Shown: in pieces, positions 49,421 through 58,776 of the stretch
How positions within the stretch are numbered: the first letter of the stretch is position 1
Layout: every line of letters begins with the position of its first letter
Source: Spirochaetia bacterium
GTDB lineage: Bacteria > Spirochaetota > Spirochaetia > CADAEX01
DNA: 64,000 bases
Reading direction: 5' to 3'
NCBI GenBank assembly: GCA_045606105.1
Contig: JAZURI010000011.1
Coordinates: 64,001-128,000 of the forward strand
The notes under the pieces: generated by a model
The model's database searches: none
The model's input: only the letters and a program-made list of their open reading frames with translations
What the model was told of the DNA's origin: nothing
Position numbers and translations under genes: made by a program

Positions 49421-50783
49421 GATAATCTTGTAAATAAATACTATCTATTAGGTAGTTATAAAGGTATTTAAATTTCTTCCAAAAAAAATTTTTTTATGAT
49501 ACTATCAAAAATACCTAAAACTACCAATGGAAAAAATATAAATGAATATTTTTATAAAAACAATAATAAAGAAAATTTGGAAATTCATTTTTAGAATCTG
49601 GAGATTTTTAAACAAAAAAGCAGAAGGACTAAATAGGAGAATTGATAAACCTAAAAGAATACTTCCCGAAACTGTTTTTATCGATAAAACATACAAAAAT
49701 ATTATTTCATCCCAAGGATTTTTATATAGCGGTTCTTCTACTTTGATAGGACTGTTTCAAGAATTTAATAATACAACAACATTAGGCATGCCTGATTATG
49801 TATATTCAGGAAAAAAAGTAAAGAAAGGAGCTGAAGTTCGTTTTTTTGCCGACTCAAATGTTTTTAACTTTATTGAAGCTTTTTACTCAGATAATGAAGT
49901 TTACCAAGATGCAGTTATAAAAAAATTTATTCGCTTTATAAACGTTGCATATTATAATAAAGGATTATACTCCTGGGATAAAAATCCTCTTGTTTATAAT
50001 GAATTTTTTCTTAAGAATGCTTTAGATTTTCTTTTTGCCACATTGGAACTTGATGATAAATCAAAAATTCTGGCTGAAAAAAATCATCTTCCTCTCACCT
50101 GGAATTCAGCGGATGAAAAATATAAAGGCTATTCATTTATGTTTGGAGAGGGCATTCATCAATATATATTTTATAAATATAAAAAAATAGAACCTAAGGT
50201 TTTTGAATTTCATGTAAAAAATTTCTTTTCTAATTTTTTTAATTCTGTACAAAGTAAAGATTATTTAATATGTGACCAATTACTAAACACTGTTAAACTT
50301 GATAAATTAGCAAAAATAAACCAATACCTAGATACCCCTATTAAAACAATTAGTGTTATAAGGGATCCAAGAGATCAATATATTTCAGCTTTCAGACATA
50401 ATGATACTTTTTATTTAAGTGATACATTAGACGGTTATGTAAACTTTTATTTATCAATGGTTCAACCTGTAATAAACAGTAACAACCCACATAGATTGGT
50501 ACTCAGATTTGAAGATATTGTACTTAAATATGATGAATCAGTTCAAAAAATAATAGATTTTGTCGGCATAGATAAATCATGTCATATTGCCCCGAAATCA
50601 GTTTTCAATCCGGCATTATCGGTAGTTAATATAGGTGGATATAAAAAATTCCACAATCAGGATTTTATGAAACAAATTGAAGAGCGGTTACCTAACTTCT
50701 GTTATTATCCTGAAAAAGAAAATCTATCCGAAGAAGCATGGAAAATGCTTAAGGAAAATAATTTTAAAGAGCTGGAATAAATA
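49421..50783. mobile_element. AT-rich one-gene genomic islet bounded by att-like 60-bp repeats
   Basis: Sharp drop in GC content exactly between the repeats; no integrase or transposase inside. Confidence 0.7.
49542..50780 (+). CDS. Sulfotransferase-like P-loop protein
   Basis: GFLYSGSSTL (5'-PSB-like), VIRDPRDQY (3'-PB-like), LRFEDIV; AT-rich. Confidence 0.7.
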   Translation: MNIFIKTIIKKIWKFIFRIWRFLNKKAEGLNRRIDKPKRILPETVFIDKTYKNIISSQGFLYSGSSTLIGLFQEFNNTTTLGMPDYVYSGKKVKKGAEVRFFADSNVFNFIEAFYSDNEVYQDAVIKKFIRFINVAYYNKGLYSWDKNPLVYNEFFLKNALDFLFATLELDDKSKILAEKNHLPLTWNSADEKYKGYSFMFGEGIHQYIFYKYKKIEPKVFEFHVKNFFSNFFNSVQSKDYLICDQLLNTVKLDKLAKINQYLDTPIKTISVIRDPRDQYISAFRHNDTFYLSDTLDGYVNFYLSMVQPVINSNNPHRLVLRFEDIVLKYDESVQKIIDFVGIDKSCHIAPKSVFNPALSVVNIGGYKKFHNQDFMKQIEERLPNFCYYPEKENLSEEAWKMLKENNFKELE

Positions 50784-50843
50784 ATTATACCCTTTTTTCC
50801 TCGTCCACCGTTTTTATAAAAAAGGGAATTGCCAGGAATGAAA
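50784..50843. repeat. 60-bp perfect direct repeat, copy 2 (functional 3' end of MFS gene)
   Basis: Identical to 49361-49420; encodes ..SFLAIPFFIKTVDEEKRV-stop. Confidence 0.95.
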
Positions 50844-52005
50844 AACCGCCTGTTACGGCAGGAATAAGCCAGTACAGAGTGTAGGATCCGCCGGTTCCGT
50901 CCATGACTGCGCCGCCCAGCATATAGCCCAGCAGAGATGCAGGGGCCGATATGGCCAGAGAATAGAACTGATGGAAGGCAGCCCTGTTTTCGGGCCGGCT
51001 GAAGGAGTCCAGATGGATGAAGGTACAGGAAAGGAACAGAGCTGAAACCAGACCGTGACACAGGATTCCCGGTATTACGGCCCCCGGTCCGGGAGCAGCT
51101 GCAAAGATAAGATATTTGATCATGCAGAAAAAAGCTCCGGCCCCCATGACCTTTCCCACTCCGAATCGGTTCAGGAAATGTCCCATGAAAACCATGACCG
51201 CCACCTCGGTTATCATTCCCAGAGAAATGACCAGGGCTATGTTTCCCTCCGGAAGTCCCATATCCTTAAGAAAAGGGGCAGCTCCCATAAAATAATAGTG
51301 ATCCTGCATTGTCATGAAAATACAGATTACCATGAATCCCAGGAACTGAAGCTTCACTCCCCGCTCCATACTGCAGAGACTGCGGAAAAAATTCTCCCCT
51401 TTCACCCTTCCCTGCTGGCTTCTGTCCTGCCTGAAATGACAAAGTCCCCTGAAAATGATCAGTGCACTGAGAAAAGCGGCCCCTCCGGCCACATGGAAAA
51501 GTCCTCCGAAGTTTCTTTCAAAGGGGAGCGCCACTGCAGGATTCATCCAGATACAGGAAAAAAATACTGCAGCTCCTATCCAGCCCAGAGTTCCCCAGAC
51601 ACGGAATTTTCCGTAGTCGTTTCTTCCCCTGCCGGAAAGATTTCTGAAGGTCAGTGCATTTATAAGGGCAAAATCGGGTTTGTGAAAAATATTGAATATG
51701 AAAAAAAGGAAAAATACCGGAGCAAAGGAGCGGAAGAAGGGAATAAGTGACAGAACCAGGAAAACTGCCAGCTCGTTCATCATCAGCAGCCTTTCCACCC
51801 TGATTACCCGGTCAGCAAGAAAAATCAGTATCAGCGGCGAAAGGAATGCAGCTATGGTTTCAGTGGTCAGTATCAGACCGGTCTGAATGCCCCCGAAGCC
51901 CAGATAATCCCGGCAGTAAAGACTGGTAAGGGAAAGCAATGTCCCCTTGATTACAAATTCGAGAAAAAAAAGTGAGGATAGAACAGCTGCAGTTCTTTTA
52001 TTCAT
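50785..52005 (-). CDS. MFS transporter (nucleoside:H+ symporter-like)
   Basis: ADR motif, FRVWGTLGWI, GMITEV; about 12 TM segments. Confidence 0.82.
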   Translation of the reverse strand: MNKRTAAVLSSLFFLEFVIKGTLLSLTSLYCRDYLGFGGIQTGLILTTETIAAFLSPLILIFLADRVIRVERLLMMNELAVFLVLSLIPFFRSFAPVFFLFFIFNIFHKPDFALINALTFRNLSGRGRNDYGKFRVWGTLGWIGAAVFFSCIWMNPAVALPFERNFGGLFHVAGGAAFLSALIIFRGLCHFRQDRSQQGRVKGENFFRSLCSMERGVKLQFLGFMVICIFMTMQDHYYFMGAAPFLKDMGLPEGNIALVISLGMITEVAVMVFMGHFLNRFGVGKVMGAGAFFCMIKYLIFAAAPGPGAVIPGILCHGLVSALFLSCTFIHLDSFSRPENRAAFHQFYSLAISAPASLLGYMLGGAVMDGTGGSYTLYWLIPAVTGGFSFLAIPFFIKTVDEEKRV

Positions 52006-52007
52006 CC

Positions 52008-54203
52008 CTATTCCCTGAACTTATCAGGCAGGTGGAGAATTTCCCTTGGCTTGCTTCCGTTGGCCGGGCCTATTATCCCCCTGGCCTCCATCTCTTCTAT
52101 AAGGCGTGCCGCCCTGTTATAGCCTATGGAGAGCCGGCGCTGGAGATATGATGCAGAGGCTTTTCCCGTGGAGGCCACAACACCCAGGGCCCTGTCGAAA
52201 AGGGAATCCCCTTCTGAGCCGGTATAGCAGTCACTGTCACCCAGATCGTCATCATCCATGAATATCTCATCATCGATATATTCCGGTTCACCCATTTTCC
52301 TGACCTCGGAAACAAGTCTTTCAACCTCTTCGTCGGAAAGGAAGGCACTCTGGATTCTTGTTATGTTCGGATCCCATGAGGATTTGAAAAGCATGTCACC
52401 CTTGCCCAGCAGCATTTCGGCACCGCCGCTGTCCAGAATAACCCTGGAATCGGTATAGCTGGCTACCATGAAGGCAATTCTCGACGGAATATTGGCCTTG
52501 ATGACACCGGTAATGACATCAACGGAAGGTCTCTGGGTTGCCAGCACCAGATGGATACCTACTGCCCTGGCCTTGGCTGTAAGGCGTGAAACCGCAGGCT
52601 CAAGCTCCTTTCCGGAGGTAAGCATGAGATCGGCAAACTCATCTATGATAACCAGGATATAAGGAAGCGGTTCCAATGCTATCCTGTTGGCCTTGATTTT
52701 CTTGTTGAAAGCTTCAATATTGCGGACATCGATGGTTTCAAGCAGCGAATAACGCCTTTCCATTTCGGCAATACAGTAATTCAGGGCCTGAAGTGCCTTT
52801 TTCGGATCGGTGATAACCGGTGTAAGCAGATGCGGTACACCGTTGTACATCTTCAGCTCAACCACCTTAGGGTCGATAAGTATCATCTTCACATCATCGG
52901 GATGCTTCTTGTAGAGAATGGTGGAAATCAGGGCATTTACACAGACCGATTTTCCTGAGCCTGTGGCACCGGCTATAAGAATATGAGGTGTCCTGGCCAG
53001 ATCGATAACCTGGGCATCTCCCTCAATATCCCTTCCCAGAATGAACGGAACCGCCGCCTTGTCAAGGTCGGGATTCTTCCGGCTTATAAGCTCCTTGAAG
53101 CCTACTATGCTCCTTTTCATGTTAGGGATTTCCACCCCGACAGCCCTTTTTCCCGGTATCGGAGCCACTATTCTTACACTTCTGGCTGCCATGTTGAGGG
53201 CAATGTTGTCGGCCAATCCCGCAATCTTGGAAACATTGACTCCCGATGCAGGAAGAATCTCGAACATGGTGATTACAGGCCCTTTCCTGATGCCTGTGAT
53301 CTTGGCCTCTATCTTGAATTCACGGAGAGTGCCCAGAAGGATTTCCGCATCCTCACGGGTTTCGTCGGTTATATCAAAGGCCTGGTCGTTGCTTCTGTCC
53401 TCCAGCACCTCGTCCACCGGAATCTCATATTTTGCCCTTCTTTTACGGTGAACCATGGGTATCGGTTTATCATCGGACGGAATTTCGATAACAATGTCAT
53501 CCTCTTCAGGCTCCGGAACAGGCCGGGCTTCAGGCAGCTGCTCAGGCTCTTCACGGTATCCGATGCCGGAATTGAATTCACTGAAACTGATATCAACCGG
53601 CTCATCATCAGCCTGCCCCTCTGGAACAGGTACCTTTTCAAAGCCCATCTTTATATAGGATTCGGGCGGAAGCTCAGGCTCAGGTGCTGCTTCGGTACTC
53701 TCTGCTTCCATATCGGAGAAAATGTCATTTTCGCGGAGCTTCTCCTCCCACTCATCAAGTTCCTCTTCGTATTTCTCATCTTCCTCTTCACGGGATGAAC
53801 CGAAGCTGAAGGAGAAACGGTCCCTGAAAAAGAGAACCAGGATTCCGTATATTTCTGCTATAAAAAAGAATGCAATCAGGATTGAGTAAACTACCTTCAG
53901 GGCATCATCGCCGGCTATTACACGGCAGAACCATGCGGCTGTGACAAACGGAATGACAGAGGAAAGCTGTATATATATAACTTTCCGGCTGAAGCCATCG
54001 AAAAGAAGGTATATTCCGCTGAACAGAAAGTAGAGGGGAACATAGAAGGAGGCCTGAAGAAAACGGTCGTAGAGAAAGGTTCCCACTGTAGTAAGGCTCA
54101 ATACCCGGTTCCCTCCGGCTGCAGCTGCAATGGCAAGAGTCGTAAAAACTGACAGAAACAACAGCAAGGCAGAAGTTATGATTGTTTTTTTAGTTTTGTT
54201 CAA
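52008..54203 (-). CDS. ftsK: DNA translocase FtsK/SpoIIIE
   Basis: N-terminal TMs, acidic linker, GATGSGKS, DEFADLM, ATQRPS, gamma domain LQRRLSIGYNRAAR. Confidence 0.96.
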   Translation of the reverse strand: MNKTKKTIITSALLLFLSVFTTLAIAAAAGGNRVLSLTTVGTFLYDRFLQASFYVPLYFLFSGIYLLFDGFSRKVIYIQLSSVIPFVTAAWFCRVIAGDDALKVVYSILIAFFFIAEIYGILVLFFRDRFSFSFGSSREEEDEKYEEELDEWEEKLRENDIFSDMEAESTEAAPEPELPPESYIKMGFEKVPVPEGQADDEPVDISFSEFNSGIGYREEPEQLPEARPVPEPEEDDIVIEIPSDDKPIPMVHRKRRAKYEIPVDEVLEDRSNDQAFDITDETREDAEILLGTLREFKIEAKITGIRKGPVITMFEILPASGVNVSKIAGLADNIALNMAARSVRIVAPIPGKRAVGVEIPNMKRSIVGFKELISRKNPDLDKAAVPFILGRDIEGDAQVIDLARTPHILIAGATGSGKSVCVNALISTILYKKHPDDVKMILIDPKVVELKMYNGVPHLLTPVITDPKKALQALNYCIAEMERRYSLLETIDVRNIEAFNKKIKANRIALEPLPYILVIIDEFADLMLTSGKELEPAVSRLTAKARAVGIHLVLATQRPSVDVITGVIKANIPSRIAFMVASYTDSRVILDSGGAEMLLGKGDMLFKSSWDPNITRIQSAFLSDEEVERLVSEVRKMGEPEYIDDEIFMDDDDLGDSDCYTGSEGDSLFDRALGVVASTGKASASYLQRRLSIGYNRAARLIEEMEARGIIGPANGSKPREILHLPDKFRE

Positions 54204-54214
54204 AATTCCTCCGG

Positions 54215-55108
54215 TTATCGGACTCTGATCATCAGGATGGTTCCTGGGTAAATTTTAGTCGGATCGGCAATACGGTTTTCCCGTGCGATCTCAAGATACA
54301 TGTACGGATCTATGCAGAAGGTTCTGGCTATGGACCAGAGAGTATCACCGTACCTGACTTTATATCTGATATATTCAGGTACATAATATATCGGCTGAGG
54401 TGGTGTTGCAGGAGGCACAGGAGGTCTGTGGTACGGACATCCGTGATATACCGGCGGATAGCAATGTACAGGGGGCTGCGGTGCAGGCTCATGTACTGCC
54501 GGAGGGGGAGCAACAGGCTCTGATACAACCGGTTCCGGTATAGGTTCCGGCTCAGGTATCGGTTCAGGGGCTGCAGGGACAGGCTCCGGTGCAGGCTCGC
54601 TGAACATGACCACAGTTCCCTTTTCGGTTACGGCCGGCATGTTGACCACGGCATATACCACCACTCCCGAAAGGAATGCCAGTATTACGGTCATTACAAA
54701 AAGAAGAATCTGGAGATTACGGACAGTCCTGTCGATAACCGGGCTGCAGGCAGCACCTGAAACAGGTCTGCTGACAGGAGCCGGCCTCTCTGCAGGCTCA
54801 GGTTCAGGCTTCTTTTCCGGTTCAGGTGCCGGCAGCACGGCATTGAGGATTCCCCTGTTTCCGGTACGGGTGTCGGTGGCTGTGGCTATGAGGGTCCGCC
54901 CCACACTTTCCATTATCAGCTCTATGTCGGAATCATCCTTTATCCCGTCAAGAAATATGGAACCGAGGTGATAGTCATCGGACAAAAAATCAATCCTGAC
55001 CTTTTCCTGCCCCTTGTTGGCGGCAGTCAGGACTATTTTTCTGCGACCTGAATTTTCTTCGAGAACAGGAAAAAAGCTTCCGTCCGCGATTCTTATTCCT
55101 ATCATCAC
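54215..55108 (-). CDS. Membrane-anchored LysM-domain protein
   Basis: IGIRIADG.F.P N-domain, TM, Pro-rich linker, YKVRYGDTLWSIA LysM. Confidence 0.85.
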   Translation of the reverse strand: MMIGIRIADGSFFPVLEENSGRRKIVLTAANKGQEKVRIDFLSDDYHLGSIFLDGIKDDSDIELIMESVGRTLIATATDTRTGNRGILNAVLPAPEPEKKPEPEPAERPAPVSRPVSGAACSPVIDRTVRNLQILLFVMTVILAFLSGVVVYAVVNMPAVTEKGTVVMFSEPAPEPVPAAPEPIPEPEPIPEPVVSEPVAPPPAVHEPAPQPPVHCYPPVYHGCPYHRPPVPPATPPQPIYYVPEYIRYKVRYGDTLWSIARTFCIDPYMYLEIARENRIADPTKIYPGTILMIRVR

Positions 55109-55178
55109 CTCTCCTGTTTAAAAAATACATTGAGTTAAAGTTATTGTCAATCATTATATAATTCTATATTATAAAGCC

Positions 55179-56402
55179 ATGATCAGAATTAACGAAAACT
55201 ATAACAGACTGCAGACTTCCTATCTGTTCTCAGATATTTCAAAGAAGATTGCAGCTTTCCAGAAAGAAAATCCTGAAAAGGAAATAATCAAGATGGGTAT
55301 CGGAGATGTTACCCTTCCTCTTCCTGAAGTATGTATCAAGGCACTTCACAAGGCTGCCGACGAGCTTTCATGCAAGGAGAGCTTCAAGGGCTACGGTCCT
55401 GAACAGGGCTACGATTTCCTCAGAAGCGCTGTGGCAGAAAACGATTTCAATTCCAGAGGAGCCGATATCAAGGCAGATGAGGTTTTCATCAGCGACGGTG
55501 CAAAATGCGATACAGGAAACTTCCAGGAGCTTTTCTCCAAGGATATCAAGGTAGCCATTCCCGATCCTGTTTACCCTGTATATTCAGATACAAACGTAAT
55601 GGCAGGAAGAAGCGGCGAGTTCGTGAACGGCAGATATGCAGACTATATCTACCTGGATTCCACAGAAGCCAACAACTATGTTCCGGACCTTCCTAAGGAA
55701 AAGGCAGACCTTATCTATCTCTGCTTCCCTAACAACCCTACAGGCTCAACAGCAACCAAGGAACAGCTGAAGAAATGGGTGGACTATGCAAGAGAAAACA
55801 AGTCACTTATCCTTTTCGATGCGGCATACGAATGCTTTATCAGGGACGAATCCCTTCCTAAATCCATTTTCGAGATCGAGGGTGCAAAGGAAGTGGCAGT
55901 AGAATTCAGAAGCTTCTCAAAGACAGCAGGCTTTACCGGTGTAAGATGCGGATTCACCGTAATTCCAAAAGAATGCAAGGTTTGGGACGAAGCCGGAAAG
56001 GAATATTCTCTCCACGCACTCTGGAACAGAAGACACACAACCAAGTTCAACGGTGCTTCATATCCTGTCCAGAAGGCTGCAGAGGCAGTCTACACTCCTG
56101 AAGGAAAGGCTCAGGTAAGAGCTCTTACCGATTATTATCTGGGAAATGCAAAGCTTATCAAGGAAGCGGTTCTTTCAACAGGGCTCAGATGTACAGGCGG
56201 CGACAACTCCCCTTATGTATGGGTGAACACACAGAAGGATTCATGGGAATTTTTCGACCTTCTCCTGAAGGAATGCGGAATCGTATGTACTCCGGGTTCA
56301 GGCTTCGGAAGCTGCGGAAACGGCTATGTACGCTTCAGTGCCTTTAACTCCAGGGAGAACACAGAAAAGGCCATGGAGAAGCTGGTAAGATTTCTTAAAT
56401 AA
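55179..56402 (+). CDS. dapL: LL-diaminopimelate aminotransferase
   Basis: YLF, MGIGDVT, GYGPEQG, SDGAK, CFPNNPTG, SFSKTAGFTGVR, PGSGFG motifs. Confidence 0.95.
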   Translation: MIRINENYNRLQTSYLFSDISKKIAAFQKENPEKEIIKMGIGDVTLPLPEVCIKALHKAADELSCKESFKGYGPEQGYDFLRSAVAENDFNSRGADIKADEVFISDGAKCDTGNFQELFSKDIKVAIPDPVYPVYSDTNVMAGRSGEFVNGRYADYIYLDSTEANNYVPDLPKEKADLIYLCFPNNPTGSTATKEQLKKWVDYARENKSLILFDAAYECFIRDESLPKSIFEIEGAKEVAVEFRSFSKTAGFTGVRCGFTVIPKECKVWDEAGKEYSLHALWNRRHTTKFNGASYPVQKAAEAVYTPEGKAQVRALTDYYLGNAKLIKEAVLSTGLRCTGGDNSPYVWVNTQKDSWEFFDLLLKECGIVCTPGSGFGSCGNGYVRFSAFNSRENTEKAMEKLVRFLK

Positions 56403-56405
56403 AAC

Positions 56406-56434
56406 TTGATTTACGGACCGATAGGTTCTATAAT
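56406..56434 (+). promoter_or_regulatory. sigma70-type promoter of the thiamine operon
   Basis: TTGATT-17-TATAAT directly before the riboswitch. Confidence 0.7.
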
Positions 56435-56440
56435 CAAAAA

Positions 56441-56527
56441 TACAACGGGAGCTTGTGAGACAGGCTGAGATAAGGGTGTCACCCTTGACCGGTTACCTGA
56501 TTTGGATAATGCCAACGTAGGGACATA
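56441..56527 (+). ncRNA. TPP riboswitch
   Basis: GGGAGC..GCTGAGA..GACC..ACCTGAT.TGGATAATGCCA.CGTAGGGA consensus, upstream of thiM. Confidence 0.93.
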
Positions 56528-56535
56528 AATTGCAG

Positions 56536-56575
56536 AAAAGCAGATATGCCATACAGGGCGGTCTGCTTTTTTTTT
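56536..56575 (+). terminator. Riboswitch expression-platform terminator
   Basis: AAAAGCAGAT...GTCTGCTTTTTTTTT. Confidence 0.8.
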
Positions 56576-56618
56576 GCCCCGGTACCGGATCCCGATATTT
56601 ACCTTTCAGGAGGAATAA

Positions 56619-57440
56619 ATGTTAGGAATTTACTTGGAAAACGTGAGAAAAAAAAGACCTCTGGTATGTAACATAACCAATTATGTTACAGTGAACGATG
56701 TGGCCAACATACTTCTGGCCTCGGGAGGAAGTCCCATCATGACCGACGAGCCTGATGACCTGACCGATATCGTGACTATCTGCGGAGGACTGAACATAAA
56801 CATAGGTACCCTCAACAAGAGAACCATCGAGGGGATGCACAGAGCGGGAGAAACTGCCGTCAGGACCGGAATCCCGGTACTTCTGGACCCGGTGGGGGCA
56901 GGTGCAGGAAGATTGAGAACCGAAACTGCCCTGGATATCATGGAAAAATACAGACCTGCCGTAATCAGGGGAAATGTATCGGAAATAAAGGCGCTGGCCA
57001 TGGGCTCAGGCTCCACCAAGGGGGTGGATGCAGATGCGGCAGATGCAGTGACAGAAGCCAATCTGGACTACATGGTCTCCTTTGCAAAGGGGCTTGCCGG
57101 AAAAACCGGAGCGGTAACAGTAATTACCGGAGCCATTGACCTGGTGGCAGACAGCGGAAGATGCTACGTAATCCGTAACGGACGGCCCGAAATGAGCGGC
57201 ATTACGGGAACAGGCTGCATGCTTTCCGGCATGATGACAGCATATATAGCCGCAAACAGGGAAAACATTACCGAGGCGGCTGCCGCTGCAGTGGTTCTTA
57301 TGGGCATTGCGGGGGAAATCGGATATGAGAACCTGCTTCCCGGGGAAGGAAACTCCACCTACAGGAACAGGATCATAGATGCAATCTGCCATATTGATGC
57401 AGAAACATTGGAGAAAAGAGCAAAATATGAAGTGCGGTAA
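56619..57440 (+). CDS. thiM: Hydroxyethylthiazole kinase
   Basis: ITNYVTVNDVAN, NIGTL, LDPVG, RGNVSEI, GTGC motifs. Confidence 0.95.
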   Translation: MLGIYLENVRKKRPLVCNITNYVTVNDVANILLASGGSPIMTDEPDDLTDIVTICGGLNINIGTLNKRTIEGMHRAGETAVRTGIPVLLDPVGAGAGRLRTETALDIMEKYRPAVIRGNVSEIKALAMGSGSTKGVDADAADAVTEANLDYMVSFAKGLAGKTGAVTVITGAIDLVADSGRCYVIRNGRPEMSGITGTGCMLSGMMTAYIAANRENITEAAAAAVVLMGIAGEIGYENLLPGEGNSTYRNRIIDAICHIDAETLEKRAKYEVR

Positions 57441-58068
57441 AAAGGAGCTTCTCCTTTATGCGGTAACAGACAGAAGCTGGCTCAGGGGAGCAAGCCTCAG
57501 GGAGCATACGGAGCTGGCAATCAAAGGGGGTGCAACCTTTGTTCAGCTGAGGGAAAAGGAGCTGGAATACGGTGAATTTCTCAAGGAAGCAAGGGAGCTC
57601 AAGGAGCTGTGCGGAAGGTACGGTGTTCCGTTTGTGATAAACGACAATGTGAAGCTGGCCCTGGAAATGGATGCAGACGGTGTCCATGTGGGTCAGAGCG
57701 ACATGGAGGCCGGCGATGTGCGCCGGCTTATCGGCCCGGACAAAATACTGGGAGTTTCGGCCCAGACAGTGGAGCAGGCTCTTCTGGCAGAAGCCAAGGG
57801 GGCCGATTACCTGGGTGTAGGGGCGGTTTTCCCTACCGGTTCCAAGGCCGATGCCCAGGATGTCAGCTACGATACCCTCCGGGATATCTGCCGGGCGGTA
57901 AGTATTCCGGTAATAGCCATCGGAGGAATCGGAAAACATAACGTAATGAAGCTATCCGGCAGCGGCATCTGCGGTGTGGCGGTAATAAGTGCCATATTTG
58001 CGGCAGATGACATTGAACAGGCAACCCGGGAGCTGAGAAAAACTACGGAGGAGATGGTTTCGGAATGA
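57427..58068 (+). CDS. thiE: Thiamine-phosphate synthase
   Basis: QLREK, INDN, GVHVGQSD, GAVFPTGSK, AIGGI motifs. Confidence 0.95.
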   Translation: MKCGKKELLLYAVTDRSWLRGASLREHTELAIKGGATFVQLREKELEYGEFLKEARELKELCGRYGVPFVINDNVKLALEMDADGVHVGQSDMEAGDVRRLIGPDKILGVSAQTVEQALLAEAKGADYLGVGAVFPTGSKADAQDVSYDTLRDICRAVSIPVIAIGGIGKHNVMKLSGSGICGVAVISAIFAADDIEQATRELRKTTEEMVSE

Positions 58069-58700
58069 TAAAAGGGGCAATTTTCGATCTGGACGGCACA
58101 CTGCTGGATTCCACCCCCATGTGGTATACCATCGGGAAGAAATATCTGGCCGGGCTGGGAAAAGAGGCGGCACCGGGACTGGACGACACCATCCATGCCA
58201 TGAGCCTTTATCAGGCAGCCTGCTACCTCAGGGATGAATACCATCTGGACAAGAGTGCGGAAGAAATAATGGCCGATATCAACAACATGATAAGCAGCTT
58301 TTATTTCGAGGAGCTGGAGCTGAAGGAGGGAGCCGGGGATTTTATCCGGTACATGGCAGAAAACGGCATAAGAATGTGCATTGCCACCGCCACAGACCGG
58401 CCTTATGTGGAGGCTGCCCTGACAAGATGCGGAATCAGGGATTACTTTTCCGGAATCCTGACCTGCACCGAGGTGAGACACGGCAAGGATGAGCCCCACA
58501 TATTCAGACAGGGACTTGAACTTCTGGGAACAGACCGGGAAAACACCCTGGTATTCGAGGATTCCTGCTATGCGGTACTTACTGCCGTAAAGGACGGCTT
58601 CCGGGTAATCGGCATCCATGACAGTCAGGAAAAAAGACAGGAAGAGATAAAGGCAAATACAGAGAAATACATAAAGGATTTTTCCGAATTCAGTTTATAA
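58065..58700 (+). CDS. HAD-family phosphatase (probable thiamine-monophosphate phosphatase)
   Basis: DLDGTLLDS and FEDS motifs; embedded in the thi operon. Confidence 0.8.
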   Translation: MIKGAIFDLDGTLLDSTPMWYTIGKKYLAGLGKEAAPGLDDTIHAMSLYQAACYLRDEYHLDKSAEEIMADINNMISSFYFEELELKEGAGDFIRYMAENGIRMCIATATDRPYVEAALTRCGIRDYFSGILTCTEVRHGKDEPHIFRQGLELLGTDRENTLVFEDSCYAVLTAVKDGFRVIGIHDSQEKRQEEIKANTEKYIKDFSEFSL

Positions 58701-58776
58701 ACCGGAAACAGACCGGAGCGGCAGACCGGGGGCACCACTCTCTGTCGCTATATAAAAATAATGCAAAGGAGCAGAT

